Below the pieces are notes generated by a model, which ran no database searches, was not told the origin of the DNA, and worked only from the letters and a program-made list of their open reading frames with translations. A DNA stretch of 64,000 nt, from contig OZ024752.1 of assembly GCA_964016885.1 (NCBI GenBank), positions 47,058,001-47,122,000 on the forward strand. The letters are read 5' to 3'. Origin of the DNA: Eledone cirrhosa (taxonomy: Eukaryota). Within the stretch, counting starts at the first letter, position 1. Each line of letters opens with the position of its first letter. The position numbers were made by a program, and so were the translations under genes. This document shows positions 49,911 through 63,873 of the stretch, piece by piece.

Positions 49911-52900
49911 TAGTGTATTGGGTGCATTTTATTGTGACACTAACATTGGGTACGCTATTATGTCCTTGACACAACGGAAGAGTCCTTTGAACTCTGTTTG
50001 ACATGATTTATACAGCTAGATGCCTTTTCCTACCACCAACTACTTTACTAAATGTAAATTATTTTTTACTGGTTTGGCCTGGAAGAAAGGAATGTGCCCT
50101 TACAGGCTTTTGGAGGTTGATGAGACTGATGTAGTGGAACCAAAGTCCTAGTAGTTAATTATAGAAATCTTCAGACAGGACATAGAACCGGTTTGATTAA
50201 ACACTTATAATTTGTATATTAAACTAGCAAATTTCATTTGTAGCATAGTATAATACATACTTTAATATATGAGGATATTATGAAATATGTAAACCTTTAA
50301 AAAAAGAAGTAATCCGATTATTCATTTGATAAGAGATTACTATAAATAATATTTTGATGAAGGTAAGATATGAGGTTTTAATAACTCTCACACTTGCAAT
50401 TTGAACAAAGAAATCTTACTTTTCATCTATATGCTACCCTGATCAACTAGATAGATATTTAGTAGGCCATGTTATATAACTGAGTCCTAGCCTTGACAGG
50501 GCTGGGACATATTCAAAACAAAGTAGAATCAAGCAGGGGGGAGTTTTAGAATAAGTACCCCCATGTAAATGGCCATAACCTTTTTATTTATTGTGTTTTT
50601 TTCTCTGTCAATTGTACATTTTGAACAGGGAGATTTACAATACATATATAAAAAAAAAAAAAAAATTCAACCACATCCAACACTTTATCATTTTTATGTG
50701 CTATTTCTAGTATGGAAAAAACACATGGGAGCTCCCTTAGGGAAAGGTTTAAAAAATGTAACCCTTTTATGACTGTATTTCTAAGGAATTACATTGTTGC
50801 AATTAATTAATGAAGAATTTTGAGGGAATTGCTAAATCTATTAATTATTTCATTACTAAGATAATGATTCTACTTTTGGCACAAGGCCAACAATTACCCC
50901 AGTGCATTACTGGTACTTTATTTTATCGACCCCATAAGGATGAAAGGCAAAGTTAAGCTCTCAGGATTTGAACTCAGAACGTAAAGGGCCATAATAACTT
51001 CTTACATAAAATGTTGAAAGATTTAAACAGGAACCCTTGAAAATGGTTGGTTCTGTTTCATAGAACCAGAGCTGGTTTTAGTCAGGCTGATATGAAAAGA
51101 ATTAAAATATATAATGCTATTTCATATGAATTAACAAGATACCTACTATGTAGTCCCTTGACATACTACAAATTAACAACCCCAAAATGAAAAAGTTCAG
51201 AATTGGGGCTGTTTCTGTTTTCTTATTTATTTACAGAACTGTAAATCTTTCTGTTCAAAATGAAGATTTTAAAAATAAAAATAATAATAATAAAAAGTCA
51301 CGGCCATTTACATGGGGTACTTATTCTGAATCTCCACCATCTTGTAAATATACTTGTAAACCAAATAATGAAAACTTCATTTCAAAATATGAAGCAATCA
51401 GTCCAACCTACAGGGGTCATAGTGAAGAATTTCATACTCCAGTATTAATATCTGATGGTGTATCCAAAGGGTGACTTTTTTTTTCTCTAATTCAAATACC
51501 AACAGCTGTCTAATGAACAAATAATTAGGAAATACACTTACCTTTAAAGAATTATTTGGCATTAACTGCTTTTTATATTGAATACACCTGAAATTCTTTC
51601 AGCCAACGTAAACATAATTGGATCATTTTTCATATAATACATGAAATGCTTAATGAGGAAAAAAAAATTGTCTGGGAAACAGCAGCAAAGATTTTTTCAA
51701 GTTAACAGCATCTTGAAGAAATAAAAATTTAATTCTATCTCCATACATGAATCAATAAAAAGGGAAACAGTTTTAACTTCAATGGTGGTACTCCAGCATT
51801 TTCATGGCCCATGGGCTGGAACAGGCAAATCAGTAAAAGAGTATAGCTTCTCCAATTTGCTCTAGCTCTATATCTATCCACAGGCATTTTCAATGTAGAG
51901 CTTTCAGTCAAATATATATATTTTTATTTGTGCCACATTTTCAAGTGTAGCAAAAGTGCTGTCTCTTTCTCTCTCTCTCCATTAATTGCCCTTTCATTAC
52001 CACATTTCTAATGAAAGACACTGCTATTATGATTTTGAATTAATTTTGAAAATAATCAAGAATTTGGAGGAATTTAGTAGAACTAACTTTCTCATTATTA
52101 AGTTGGTGTTTGGAACATAAATATTCTTACATAAAATTATGATGGGAGTTTTTATATATATATATATATATAAACACTTTAAAATATATATATTTAAACG
52201 GTTTCATGTGGTCTGGTATTAAAAGAACTAAAGCGTGAACAGCAGTCATTCTAGAGGTAAAGTACAAATTACTTTTAATTCTTATTGTCTGTTTTAGTTT
52301 AATTTAAAAGGATTCTTCACAAGAATGATTTCTAATACAGGACTAGCATATCTTCAATGTTTAATGAAGTATCACAGACAACCCTTCACCCTTTTATTAC
52401 CATATTTCTAATGAAAAATACTGCCCAAGATTTTCAAATAATTTGGAGGGATTTTGTAATAACTAACTTTCTCATTAGGCTGGTGTTTTAAATATAAAGA
52501 TTCTTACATAAAATTATGATAGAAGGTTTTAGATAAATATAAACACTTTAAAATATACAGTTTCATATCATAAAACCAAGGGCGGTTTCAGGCAGTTTAG
52601 TATCAAAAGGTTTAAATTTGTACCTACAAATGTTCTACAAATGAAAATTTATGAAATAATATTCTTATTATCTAAGATGTCAACTAAAAGTATTAATACA
52701 AATTAAATTGATTTTATAAATATAGAACAGTGTTCCTTAAGCTTTAAATGACATGGTGAGTAAATTTGAATATAAAAAAATTGTTTCAATATATCAACTG
52801 TAAACAAAATATCTTGAGTTTGTTAATAGAAGTTTATTTTAAAAATGATAGGCCAAATTCTATAGAAATATTAAGATTGAAACCTTAGATTGTTTCTATC

Positions 52901-53720
52901 TTAAAAGGTAGCAAACTGTCAGAACAAGGATGTCAGATAGAATGCTCTGTGTTATTTGTTCCGGCTTTCTGTGCTCTGATTTTAACCCCTTCCCTACAAC
53001 AACCACCAGGTCAACTTTGTTTTTCATCCCTTTGAGGTTGATAGATAAAGTACAAGTCCAATACTGGGGTTGACTTTCCCCCTACCCATCTCTCTCTCTG
53101 GAACAATTCAGCAGTGTGCAGACCTAGAGAGGGATATTTTCTGCTAGTATTAAAGGTCTAAGACAACAGCCTCATGACTACATCAGGTATTAAGGTCCCC
53201 ATGGATAATAATCTATATTATAATAGCTGTAAGGTTTTTTTTTTGTCCATCTCTCACTAAGATCAGTCAAAAACATTTTAATATTTATATTCAAAATTCA
53301 TGCAAAGAAAAAAAAAGGATGAGGAAAATATCCTTAAATATATTCACTCAGATCATCGTTCTCTGTTAACAGTGTTGTCTATTAGTTTGTTTTGCTCTGC
53401 ATCTCATCCCTCTTTTAACAATTATGGCATGTCATTATGTTTATGTTTCTCTGATCTTGTCTTGTTCAGAGAGATGTTTTCTGTTATTGACAAACATTTT
53501 TTTTCTTCTTTTCTGTTGTTATAAACACACACATTATATATATATATATATATTTATTTATTTATTAAAATCACAGATTAAAGTTTAAGCAAAGAACTGC
53601 TGCTTTCACCCTTAATAGGATCCTCAGAAATAAATATTTGCTCTATAGTTCTTATATATTTTATATATTTTCCTTATCGAGCCCTCTTTGGATTTTAGTC
53701 TTCACATTTATTATTATTAC

Positions 53721-53763
<43 letters not shown>

Positions 53764-54531
53764 CATACATGGTATGTAATGTTCAGTTACTGATAGTTCA
53801 CCAGATTTAGCACTCCAGGCTATCAAAGTACGACTTATCCTTGTGTGGTCGCTGGCTTTGGTATTGGTACAAGCAGTTTGATAATTATAATTGTTTCTAC
53901 TTTTGGCACAAAGCCAGCAATTACCCCAGTGTATTACTGGTACTTTATTTTATCGACCCCCGTAAGGATGAAAGGCAAAGTTAACCTCGGCGGGATTTGA
54001 ACTCAGAATTGAAAGGGCCGTAACTCTTTGCGTCAAAGCATGGCGTCCGACCCTCTACCGATACTGCCAATCTGCCTATAATGATTCCATTTATTGGGCA
54101 CAAGGAACAATAATGCGTAAATACAAACAAAGAGCCAATTTAGCATCTTCTACATATTTTATTCACCTGTGATGCGTGTCTTGCCATCGGTGAGCTCAAG
54201 GTACAATCGGGCTTCACTCTGGAATTGATAGCTCATCTGACTTGTTGACAATGAAGTATACAAGATGCTAAATTGATACTTCATGACCACTTACTTAATA
54301 TATATAAATATATAGAGAGGGCATATATGTATTCAGTAGTATACAAAATAATATATTAATAAAGTATAATTGTAAGAAGTAATAAAACACTGTTTATCAC
54401 TTGGATAAAAAAATAGATCTTTATAATAAAATGGTTTGATATCTTCTTCTCTACTTCTCTACTTAGTGTTGACAAGATGATCAGCAGTAGAAACAACAGC
54501 TATCTATAGCTACCTAGCTATGGATCTACCT

Positions 54532-54868
54532 CATCATCATCATCATTTCATTTTACGTCCGCTTTTTCCCTGCTTGCAAGGGTGGGACGGGAACTGATTC
54601 TGGCTTGATTTCTACAGCTGGATGCCCTTCCTAACACCAACCTCATTTACAGTGAGTGCTGGGTGCTTTTTTGTCGTGGCACCTCACGTCCACCTTGCAG
54701 TGGAATATGGACCCCAGTCCCTATCATCTCATTTCTACAGCTGAGTAAACTGGAGCAATGTGAAATAAAGTGTCTTGCTCAAGGAAACAACACATCACCC
54801 GGTCTGAGAATTGAACTCACAACCTTTCAATTGCAAGGCCAATGCTCTAACCACTAAGCCATGTGCCT
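54532..54868 (-). mobile_element. Full-length CORE-type SINE with RTE tail
   Basis: tRNA head TGGCTTAGTGGTTAGAGC (A box) ... GAGTTCAATTC (B box), core, RTE-like tail and (ATG)n. Confidence 0.9.
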
Positions 54869-56671
54869 ACCTATCTTTGGAAAATCAAAACATCTATCTA
54901 TCTCACTATCTGTCAATCTATCTATATCTATGTCCCCTTCTTTTGTGCCCCTGTGGCTAATAAAGAAATATATCTATATCTATGTGTCTATTTACCTAAC
55001 TGTCTAGCTATCTACATCTCGGTATATCTATCTATTTAACTATTTATCTCTCTATCTATAGTTATCTCTTCATGTATATTTACTAACGTATCTATCTTTG
55101 GACAAGAAAAACAATAACAACAACAAAACACAAATCCCAATAGTAGTTTGAAGACAGGTATGTAGATAGATAGACACATAGGTAGAACAAAGCCATCATA
55201 ATTTAGTGGAGGTATGTTGATAATGATTAAAGCAGATATAGAAGTAAATTACTGCAAAATGAAATATGTCAATGGCTGGAGTGACAAAAAGGAGAAGGTC
55301 AAGGAAAATCTTTACATAGAATGTTGTAATCAAAGAATTATTAAATAAACCCCATCATTTTTTATGGGTACTTTACTAGTATAATAGTAACAAAACATTG
55401 TATATAATTTGAATCTAGTGGAAGTTCTAGTTTGATCCCCCATTTAATAACAACCAAATTTCTATCTTGATAAGTCTAGTGAAAGACGAAAATTCTAAAA
55501 TCAAATTCTAAACAATGTTTTATTATTTCGTTGCCATATTTCTCATGATAAACGCTGCCTATGATTTTCAAATAATTTTTAAAAGGATTTAGTAAAATGA
55601 TTATCCTTCTTCATTCATAACAAAGGTTTTTACATAAAATTATGATGGAAAGTTTTTAGCTAAATATAAAGAATTTAAAACAAATAGTTTTTGTATTATA
55701 GAATCATGGGCTGTTTCAAGCAGTTTGATATCAAAAGGGTTACCATCTCAAATTTTAATACACTGCCCTGTTTAATGAGTATGCTGTTTCCAGTGTTCCA
55801 ATCAACAGAATAACTTGCTTTTGAAATTAATGAGCAAATGGTTGAGAATTGTACAGACATACATACATGGGTTGATAAAACTGCCCTTCAAATTACAGGT
55901 ACAACTCATTTTTGCTAGCTGAGTGGACTGGAGCAATGTAAAATATAGTGTCTAGCTCAACATTCCACTAGAAATTGAACTCATGACCTTTTGATTGCGA
56001 GCCAAACACCCTAAACCGCTAAGTCATATGCCTTCACTCATGTTTAATATGTAACAACACAAGAACAAGTCATATTTTTCCAACATGCTCTTTTTTGTTT
56101 CATAATAATTCTGTTAAGGGAGACCCCAAGTTTAAATAGAGAGTTTCTCAAGTCCTGGTGTTCACAATCAAGAGAGAGAGAGAGGGAAATATGGGGAGGG
56201 AACATTACCCTTTTCAGAGTTTCTAAAACGGGGGGGGGGGGGGGGGTATCATCAAACCTTACTTAGAGCTGGTTTGAATGCTAGCAACAGTGAATAAACT
56301 TCACTAAAAGCACCAAAGTGCCAGTTGATAATGTTAAATCGGGCAACATTAAGTCTAGCCTCCCACCCAAACAGGGCTACAGTAAGATTAGTACTCAGAA
56401 CACAAAGAGCCAGAACAAATACAACGATGCATCTTGCCTGAAACTCTTAACAATTCTACAACCACTACTACCCTGGACTGCTATTATATTCTATCGCCCC
56501 TGAAAGGATGAAAGGCAAAGTTGATCATTATGGGATTTGAATTTAACCCTTTAGCATTTACATTACTTTATATTCACTATTGTATTTTCACGGTAAACAC
56601 TTTATCTCACATAATATCGAAGCTACGAGATTTTGATATTTATTTCGAGAATACCTCAACATGAGTATGAG

Positions 56672-56950
56672 CAGCCAGTTATGGCTGGTTTGAACAGAAA
56701 TAAGTGAGAGAATTCTGGCCAGATACAACCAGTTATGGCTGGTTTGAACAGAAATAAGTGAGAGAATTCTGGCCAGATACAGCCAGTTATGGCTGGTTTG
56801 AACAGAAATAAGTGAGAGAATTCTGGCCAGATACAGCCAGTTATGGCTGGTTTGAACAGAAATAAGTGAGAGAATTCTGGCCAGATACAGCCAGTTATGG
56901 CTGGTTTGAACAGAAATAAGTGAGAGAATTCTGGCCAGATACAACCAGTT
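56672..56950. repeat. 54-bp tandem repeat (5 copies) inside a TTAA-MITE
   Basis: Unit CAGCCAGTTATGGCTGGTTTGAACAGAAATAAGTGAGAGAATTCTGGCCAGATA is the subterminal part of the MITE at ~56547-56966. Confidence 0.95.
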
Positions 56951-58089
56951 TAAATGCTAAAAAAGTGTTAAGGCACAGAGAACCAAAACAAATACTACAA
57001 AGCATTTTGTCCTACATTTTAACAACTGTATCAATTTGTTGATAATACTTGCACTCTCACAAAAGTTGATGAGGGACTGTATCCAGTTAGAGCCTCAGAT
57101 ATAGCCTTGTGATGCAATGGAGTGTAGTAAGAACCACCATAGGAATATCAACAGACATTCCACACAATGTGTAACAGAACAGACCTGAGAACATTGCATC
57201 AGATTGAAGGAACTACTGCAGGCCTTCACGTACAGTACTTCAAATCATCATACTACATCTGCTTTTCCACACTGGAGTGAGTTGGATGTGTCAGTATTTA
57301 ATTAGAATATTACTCTCCCAGAGAGACCATGTTTTGTTTTCCTTACATACATTTCAGTTTTTGCAGCTGCACGTCCTTCCTAACACCAACCACTTTACTG
57401 AGTGTATTGAGTGCATTTTGTCATGGCACCAACTCTAGTATAGGAAAAGAAAAGGACAGAAAAATGTCCAATGGTTAGCAGATTAAAGATGGCTGCTAAA
57501 TTTAATCAGAGCCACATATATTAAGTTCTGTTTTACAATCAACCTTCGCTAGCAGGGAAAACAGACATCAGCTGATGATAATAAATCAGTTGGTGCAGTT
57601 GATGTTAATTTAATAAGATTATATAAAGTAAATATTACACCTAACCCTTTTGTCATCATATTTCTAATGAAAGTCACTGTCCCAAATCATTTGAAAATAA
57701 TCAGGAATTTGGCGGAATTTAGTAATATAAGCTAGTGTTTAGAACATAACTTAACAAAGGTTCTTACATAGAATTATGGTGGAAGGTTTTAAGACTCAGG
57801 CCAGTGCTTATTCCAGTTTCATTGGCGTTAAGTACCTGAGAGTGCGAGAACAGGATGACAATCTGTTGCAGGGTTAACTCCCTAGCTGCTGGTACTCATT
57901 TTTTCCAGATGAGTGGACTAGAAATATGTCTTGCTCAAGGATACAACATGTCACTCAATCAAAGAATGGACCCCATGTGAGCCCAACACCTTAATTAATT
58001 TCTAGGCCACACTCATTCACATGATGCTATATAATTTCTTTAAAATATAACCAAGAGACACTAACTGCATTCACTAGACAGATAACTTA

Positions 58090-58552
58090 TCTAAACTATA
58101 ATAAAGGAAGGTCTGCGGGATTGCGTACAGTTTTTTAAGTTTTTTATCACACTTGTAAAATAAGTTGGATTACTTTGAATAAATAATGAATGAATATTAC
58201 ATAATTTATCTACTAAATTTCGTGGCTGTTCATAAAATATATTTTGTTTATTTAAAGATTCACTTCTTTAAAATTTCTGAAATGTCAACACTTACGGTGG
58301 CGATCGCTTAAATAAACATACTAATTTTCTCCTAATGCAGTTTATATATAATATCGTCTTTTTTAATGTATCATGGATTGCATTACTGATTAAATAAGAC
58401 AGTGTAACACAGTCTTCGTTCAATTTCTATGCATTATATATTGTCAATTACGATTTTATTTGATGCATCATATCTACATGTATATATATTTGCGTATAAT
58501 ATATGCTACACATGCTAGCAGAAAACCATCCGAAGGGTGGTTTTTCTGCTAG
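58090..58552 (+). mobile_element. Non-autonomous Helitron
   Basis: Starts A|TCTAAACTATAATAAAG and ends with the hairpin AACCATCCGAAGGGTGGTT then TTTCTGCTAG|T, giving 5'-TC, 3'-CTAG and an A/T insertion site. Confidence 0.8.
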
Positions 58553-59376
58553 TTCTTATAATACAACATATAGAAAATAAAGTGTTAGTGGTCTGGCTAA
58601 TACATACAAGTATGAAATGACAGGAGTATGAAGCATCAACATATTATATTCAATGTAGCAACACCACACAGGCAAAATATTGGCCTAAAAATGTAAAGCT
58701 CTTTCGAGAGTTAACCTAGTGTTTTTTGCCTTTATGTTAAAAAAGTCATCTCACTATAAGAATCAATTTTAAGGGATGCTAAAAATGAGATCTGCAATTA
58801 ATTTAGCAGATTAAAATGATAAGGCATCCTCTGCTGGTTTCAACAATGAGTATTATTCAGTCGTTCAACCAACTGTACATGCAACTCATAAATTAACGTG
58901 GTGTAACGGACCAGGTATTACAGTCACATGTACCCATAATATAATTCCCATGCACAATATATGACAGGGCTGGACATCTGAATTACAGGTACAATCCATT
59001 TCACAAGCATCCAAGGTTTCTATCTACACCATTTCACTCATAACACGGGTATGGTCAAGAGACTTGCCCAAGATACTGTATCAAACCTGGGACTTCATGA
59101 ATGTAAAGTGGATCTCTTAATCTCTCAGATTAAAATAAAACATTCAAATAAATGTCTACTGCAATACACAACTACTTGGAACCTCTAAGGAATTGTGGCC
59201 ATTTTAAAACACACTTTAAGTCTGTAACCAATGGGTTAATAAACCAGGTTTATATGCCATCTTAACAATGACAAATATGTTTGTGCATGCATAAATAATT
59301 TACAAACTGATTCTGCAGCAAATAGGGAAGGTGGAGAAAATTCAACAAAATATATACCAAAAGGAAATTAACTTAC

Positions 59377-59487
59377 AAAATTCTCTGTTTTTCCAATTCA
59401 GCTTTCTTTTCTTCCTCCTCTCGACGTTTAGCACGAATAATAAGATCTTCATCACTACTTGAACTACTAGAAGAATAGGAGCGCCGC
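59377..59487 (-). CDS. ARGLU1: ARGLU1 internal exon (end of RS region, start of Glu-rich region)
   Basis: tttgcAG acceptor and GTAAGT donor; RRSYSSSSSSSDEDLIIRAKRREEEEKKAELEKQRI matches KREEEEKKAEFERQRKI. The phase-2 end fits the next exon. Confidence 0.92.
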
Positions 59488-59514
59488 CTGCAAATATATA
59501 TAACATATTTAGGA

Positions 59515-60100
59515 TTGCTACATTGGTATGGTCACGTGATGCGCATGAAAGACAACAGCTGTATAAAAAAGTGCAGGGTGATCAAAATTGACGGAAGTTA
59601 CGGAGCAGGCAGACCCAGATTTGATAAATTCTGACCTTACACACTTACACCTCTCTAAGACAATGTCGCTGGACCGAGATCTTTGGCGCTACGCAGTAAT
59701 ACAGAAAACCCGCCTTACCTAAGTTCAAAGTGAAACCTACAGTCATAGACACTTCTTAATCAAATATTCACCCCTCTCCCACTACCTCACCCCTTTCTCT
59801 GTAAAGTTATGTTGGTACCACAACATCCAGTCCGAAATAAATGAGGTCATGTAGGTGTCGCGACAAAAAAAAAAAAAAAAAAACACAGTCCACGCTGTAA
59901 TGTGGCCGTGTAGGTAACACGGTAAAAGGCTCCCAGTCCACACTGTAAACGTGGTTGGTGTTAGGAAGGGCATCCAGCCGTAGAAAACCCGCCAGACAGT
60001 CCTATACGAGCAAGACAACCAATCTTGCCTCAAGTGGAACAATTCCCGTCTAAACCCAGGCTAGCATGGAAAATAGGCGTTAAACGATGATGATGATGAT
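59515..60100 (+). mobile_element. RTE LINE 3' end plus 3' UTR
   Basis: LHWYGHVMRMKDNSCIKKCR..GAGRPR remnant, then a UTR matching 13940-14311 and a (GAT)n tail. Confidence 0.85.
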
Positions 60101-60446
60101 TTAGACTTTTAGAGGTAGTACAGTTGTCTCCTGGTATTCGCGGGGGTTACGTTTGCAACTCCAGGTAGAATATACATACACATATCTGACAGAATCCCTT
60201 ACAATTTCACTCATACTCATAAAGATACTATAAACATTTAAATTAACAAACTTGTTTTTAGATATTTTATGCTAAATCACTCCAGAATGGTAAAAGTCTA
60301 TCTTCTTTGAACTGTTAAACTGCGGGACATATAGTTTATGTAATACATAAACAAATAGCTCCACTTATTTAAATATGATGACACATGTGAAGATAAACAG
60401 ACACAAACACATATGACAGCCTTCTGCACAGCTTCGGTCTCCTTAA

Positions 60447-60646
60447 CCCTTTACCATTTACATTACTTTATATTTAGTATATTTTCAAGGTAAAGACTTT
60501 ACCTCACATAATATCAAATCTATGAATTTGATATTTATTTTGAGTTTAATACTTTAACATCAGTACGAGTGGCTGGTTACAGCCATTTTCAACAGAAAGA
60601 GGTGAGAGAATTCTGGCAAGATACAGCCGATTTAAATGCTAAAGGG
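60447..60646. mobile_element. Intact TTAA-flanked (piggyBac-like) MITE
   Basis: TTAA-CCCTTTACCATTTA ... TAAATGCTAAAGGG-TTAA. Confidence 0.85.
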
Positions 60647-61469
60647 TTAAATTCATTCATGAGGAAACAGTAGAAAACACTTGCCAAAGTGCCCTGCTGT
60701 GTGATTGAATCCAAAACCTTGTGGTTACACATTGGATTTCTTAATAACACAGTTGTACCTATGCCTATTATTTGTATAATTTTAATTTCCATTACGAAAT
60801 CGTGCAACAAGGTTAGGAGTTAATTTCCAAAATCACTTGAAATAGAAGCTATTTCAACACCTGAAAATACTTCATTAACTAATATCAATGTTCTTTTAGA
60901 TTCTGCAAAATATTATCTCTAATAATCTTTATCCTTTCTCATTTTATTTACAAGGTCTAGCTTACTAATCTCTGATTTAATCATCATGCCTGAAAACTTC
61001 ACAGCTGTAATGAATGAAACTAGTGTTTCACTACTGAGTAGTCATGTTTTATATCTTGGCAGGTTTATATCAATGACATAATCTCTGTAATACTTCTAAT
61101 ACCCAGACAACAGTCAGAAATAGACGCTTCCTGCTACTGCTACGACTTTTACATCTTTTTTTCCCTGATAAAAGCATTATATAGTACAGTAGTTCTCAGC
61201 CCCCCTGGGGATCCACAAGGACAGTATTGAGAGTTTGTGAGCCAAGTTCAACTCTTTTGATATCAAGTCAATCCTGGTTCTACTGTTTATTTTTATCTGA
61301 AAAGCTTCCATCATAACACCAGATTAATGATGAGGAAGTTAGTTATATTACAAAACCTTTTCAAGTATTTTATTAAGTTCAAAATTACAGGCAACATTTT
61401 TTATTAAAAATATGGTTATGAAAAGGCTAAAATTTGAAGAGGTTGCAGCAGTCCAACCTATATCTAATA

Positions 61470-61684
61470 CAGTGGAACCTTGGTTTTCCCATACGAAATG
61501 TTGAGAGAAAAATACAGAGAGAGACTGTGTGTGAAAGACAGATAGATATGACCATAGTAACTAACTACAAAGCAATTGACACTTTCCTATTGATACTCCA
61601 AGCTTGTTCATTACTCAAGACACCATTCGTAAACCAAGACGTTTTATGTTTGGAAAAATTGTTTTGTGACCCAAGGTTCCACTG
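61470..61684. mobile_element. pogo/Tigger-like MITE
   Basis: TA-CAGTGGAACCTTGG ... CCAAGGTTCCACTG-TA. Confidence 0.85.
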
Positions 61685-63537
61685 TATATATTTGTGCATA
61701 CCCCATTTCTTCTCCTTTTTATGTAATGTTCTTTCGTTCTTCCCCTTCTGCACTTTTTATCTCGTTACATTTTCTTTTATCACTTGCGCTCTCTCTTGCT
61801 ATTCATCCATCTTCTATATTTCCTTCACTTTCTTACTCTCCTCCTTCTGCTGTTGCCATAACAAACTCTCTTCAGTTGTCATTTAAACAATCTACCCTAC
61901 ATCAAAAGTTATTTCATTAAAAGAATCACTAATTTATAATTTACTGGTCAATAGTTTATTTTACTAAATCAAATAGTGTCTTGCATTAGAAATATCATGA
62001 CTAAAGGTTATGATGGAAGGTTTTTATATATATACAATCTAAAATAACAAGTTTTTCTATCATTGAATCAGGGTAATTTTAAGCCGTTTGGTATCTAATA
62101 GGTTAAAAATGGAAATTAAAAACCTTATTGATAGTTTATCATCATCATCATCACTTTATGTCCGTTTTCCATGCTGGTATGGGTTAGACAGATTGTCGTG
62201 GTCCAACATCTAGTTCATAGGTTCCATATTTTGCAATGGTTACCATGGCAACATATCCTTCCAAAAATCAACCACTATACAGAGTGTACAAGGGACATGT
62301 TATCATGGCATCTGCAGTACCACTTTCATATTTCAACCATTAGGTTAACATCCATTAATAAACACCACGGAAAGACTATTTTTAAATACACGTTATTGAA
62401 AATTCCTTAACATGTTTATATATTTTGACATTTGTGAGCTGTACAACAATTATTCAATAACAAAAGATTACACAGAAGTAAAATACTGAAATATAAACAT
62501 CTTGTATATAACCTAGAAATACAATAAGTTTACTGTGGAATTATTCAATGCTATCTAATTAACTGTTTGTTGTGCTAGCAACTGCATTGCAAATATTTTA
62601 ATGAAGAAAATTATTATATATATTTATTATAATACTAAACATACATCTATTGCTGTCGTTGATCAACATAAACTATAGGGTTTTTCTTATGCAAATCAGT
62701 GATTTATCAAAATGCAAGTTTCCCAGTTTGCGTGATGTATTCAGTAGTCTTGCTATGTATAGCAAACCAATTCTGGACTTCCAAATCTTAATACATTCAG
62801 CACGGTTGCCATTATATAAAATATATTTGACTGTGTATGGAATTCTATATCAAACAATGCTTTACGAATGTATAATATATATATATATATGATAAATAGG
62901 TGTTTTAATGCCAGATAAAGCAGGAGTCAACTGTTTGAACTTCATGATAGTATGGTCATATGAATGTGTAACATTAGTGTGCAAGAGAGAGACTGCACTA
63001 GGATGGATATATGATGCATATGAGGTCTGGTAGGATGACCTGGTGGGAGGCGAAGGACACGTCCATACCAATACCTGCATGCAGCTCTTTGTTGGAAGCA
63101 CGGTGGTATCATCTGATGTTCTCGATGGTCCCCAGGACTCAGCTCTCGAGTGTATATAATTACATTTAATTAAATTTATAACACTAATGATTCTTACAGG
63201 ACCATAGTTGCTTCCTTCTAAAATGATTTCCCTATGAAGGAAACAGAACAAATCCTGTAAAAGTCATTAATTCAATTCACACGTTGCACCTCAACTGCAC
63301 ACAGAAACCAACACCGCTGATAGACGAGGACATTGTCACCACTATACTGCATACACCCCCAACCTCAGTGTAGGAAAGCATACACTCCGGCCCACTTCAG
63401 CTTGATGAGCTAACTTCTCCACCACAACCTGTCTCTCTCACCCATCTATCTATGACTATCTCTATATAAATATATCTATGAAACAAGATAAACCACTATG
63501 TTAGAGAGCGAGTTTGTGCCAATATTTATATATATAT

Positions 63538-63873
63538 CATCATCATCATTTCATTTCATTTTATGTCCGCTTCTCCCTGCTTGCAAGGGTGGGACGGGAA
63601 CTGATTCTGGCTTGATTTCTACAGCTGGATGCCCTTCCTAACACCAACCTCATTTACAGTGACTGCTGGGTGCTTTTTTGCCGTGGCACCTCCACGACCA
63701 CTTTGCAGTGGAATGATAGGGACCCCAGTCCCTATCATCTCATTTCTACAGCTGAGTAAACTGGAGCAATGTGAAATAAAGTGTCTTGCTCAAGGAAACA
63801 ACACATCACCCGGTCTGAGAATTGAACTCACAACCTTTCGATTGTAAGGCCAATGCTCTAACCACTAAGCCAT
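63538..63873 (-). mobile_element. Full-length CORE-type SINE with RTE tail
   Basis: A/B boxes, CCTTGAGCAAGACACTTTATTTCAC core and RTE-like tail; near-identical to 54532-54868. Confidence 0.9.
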
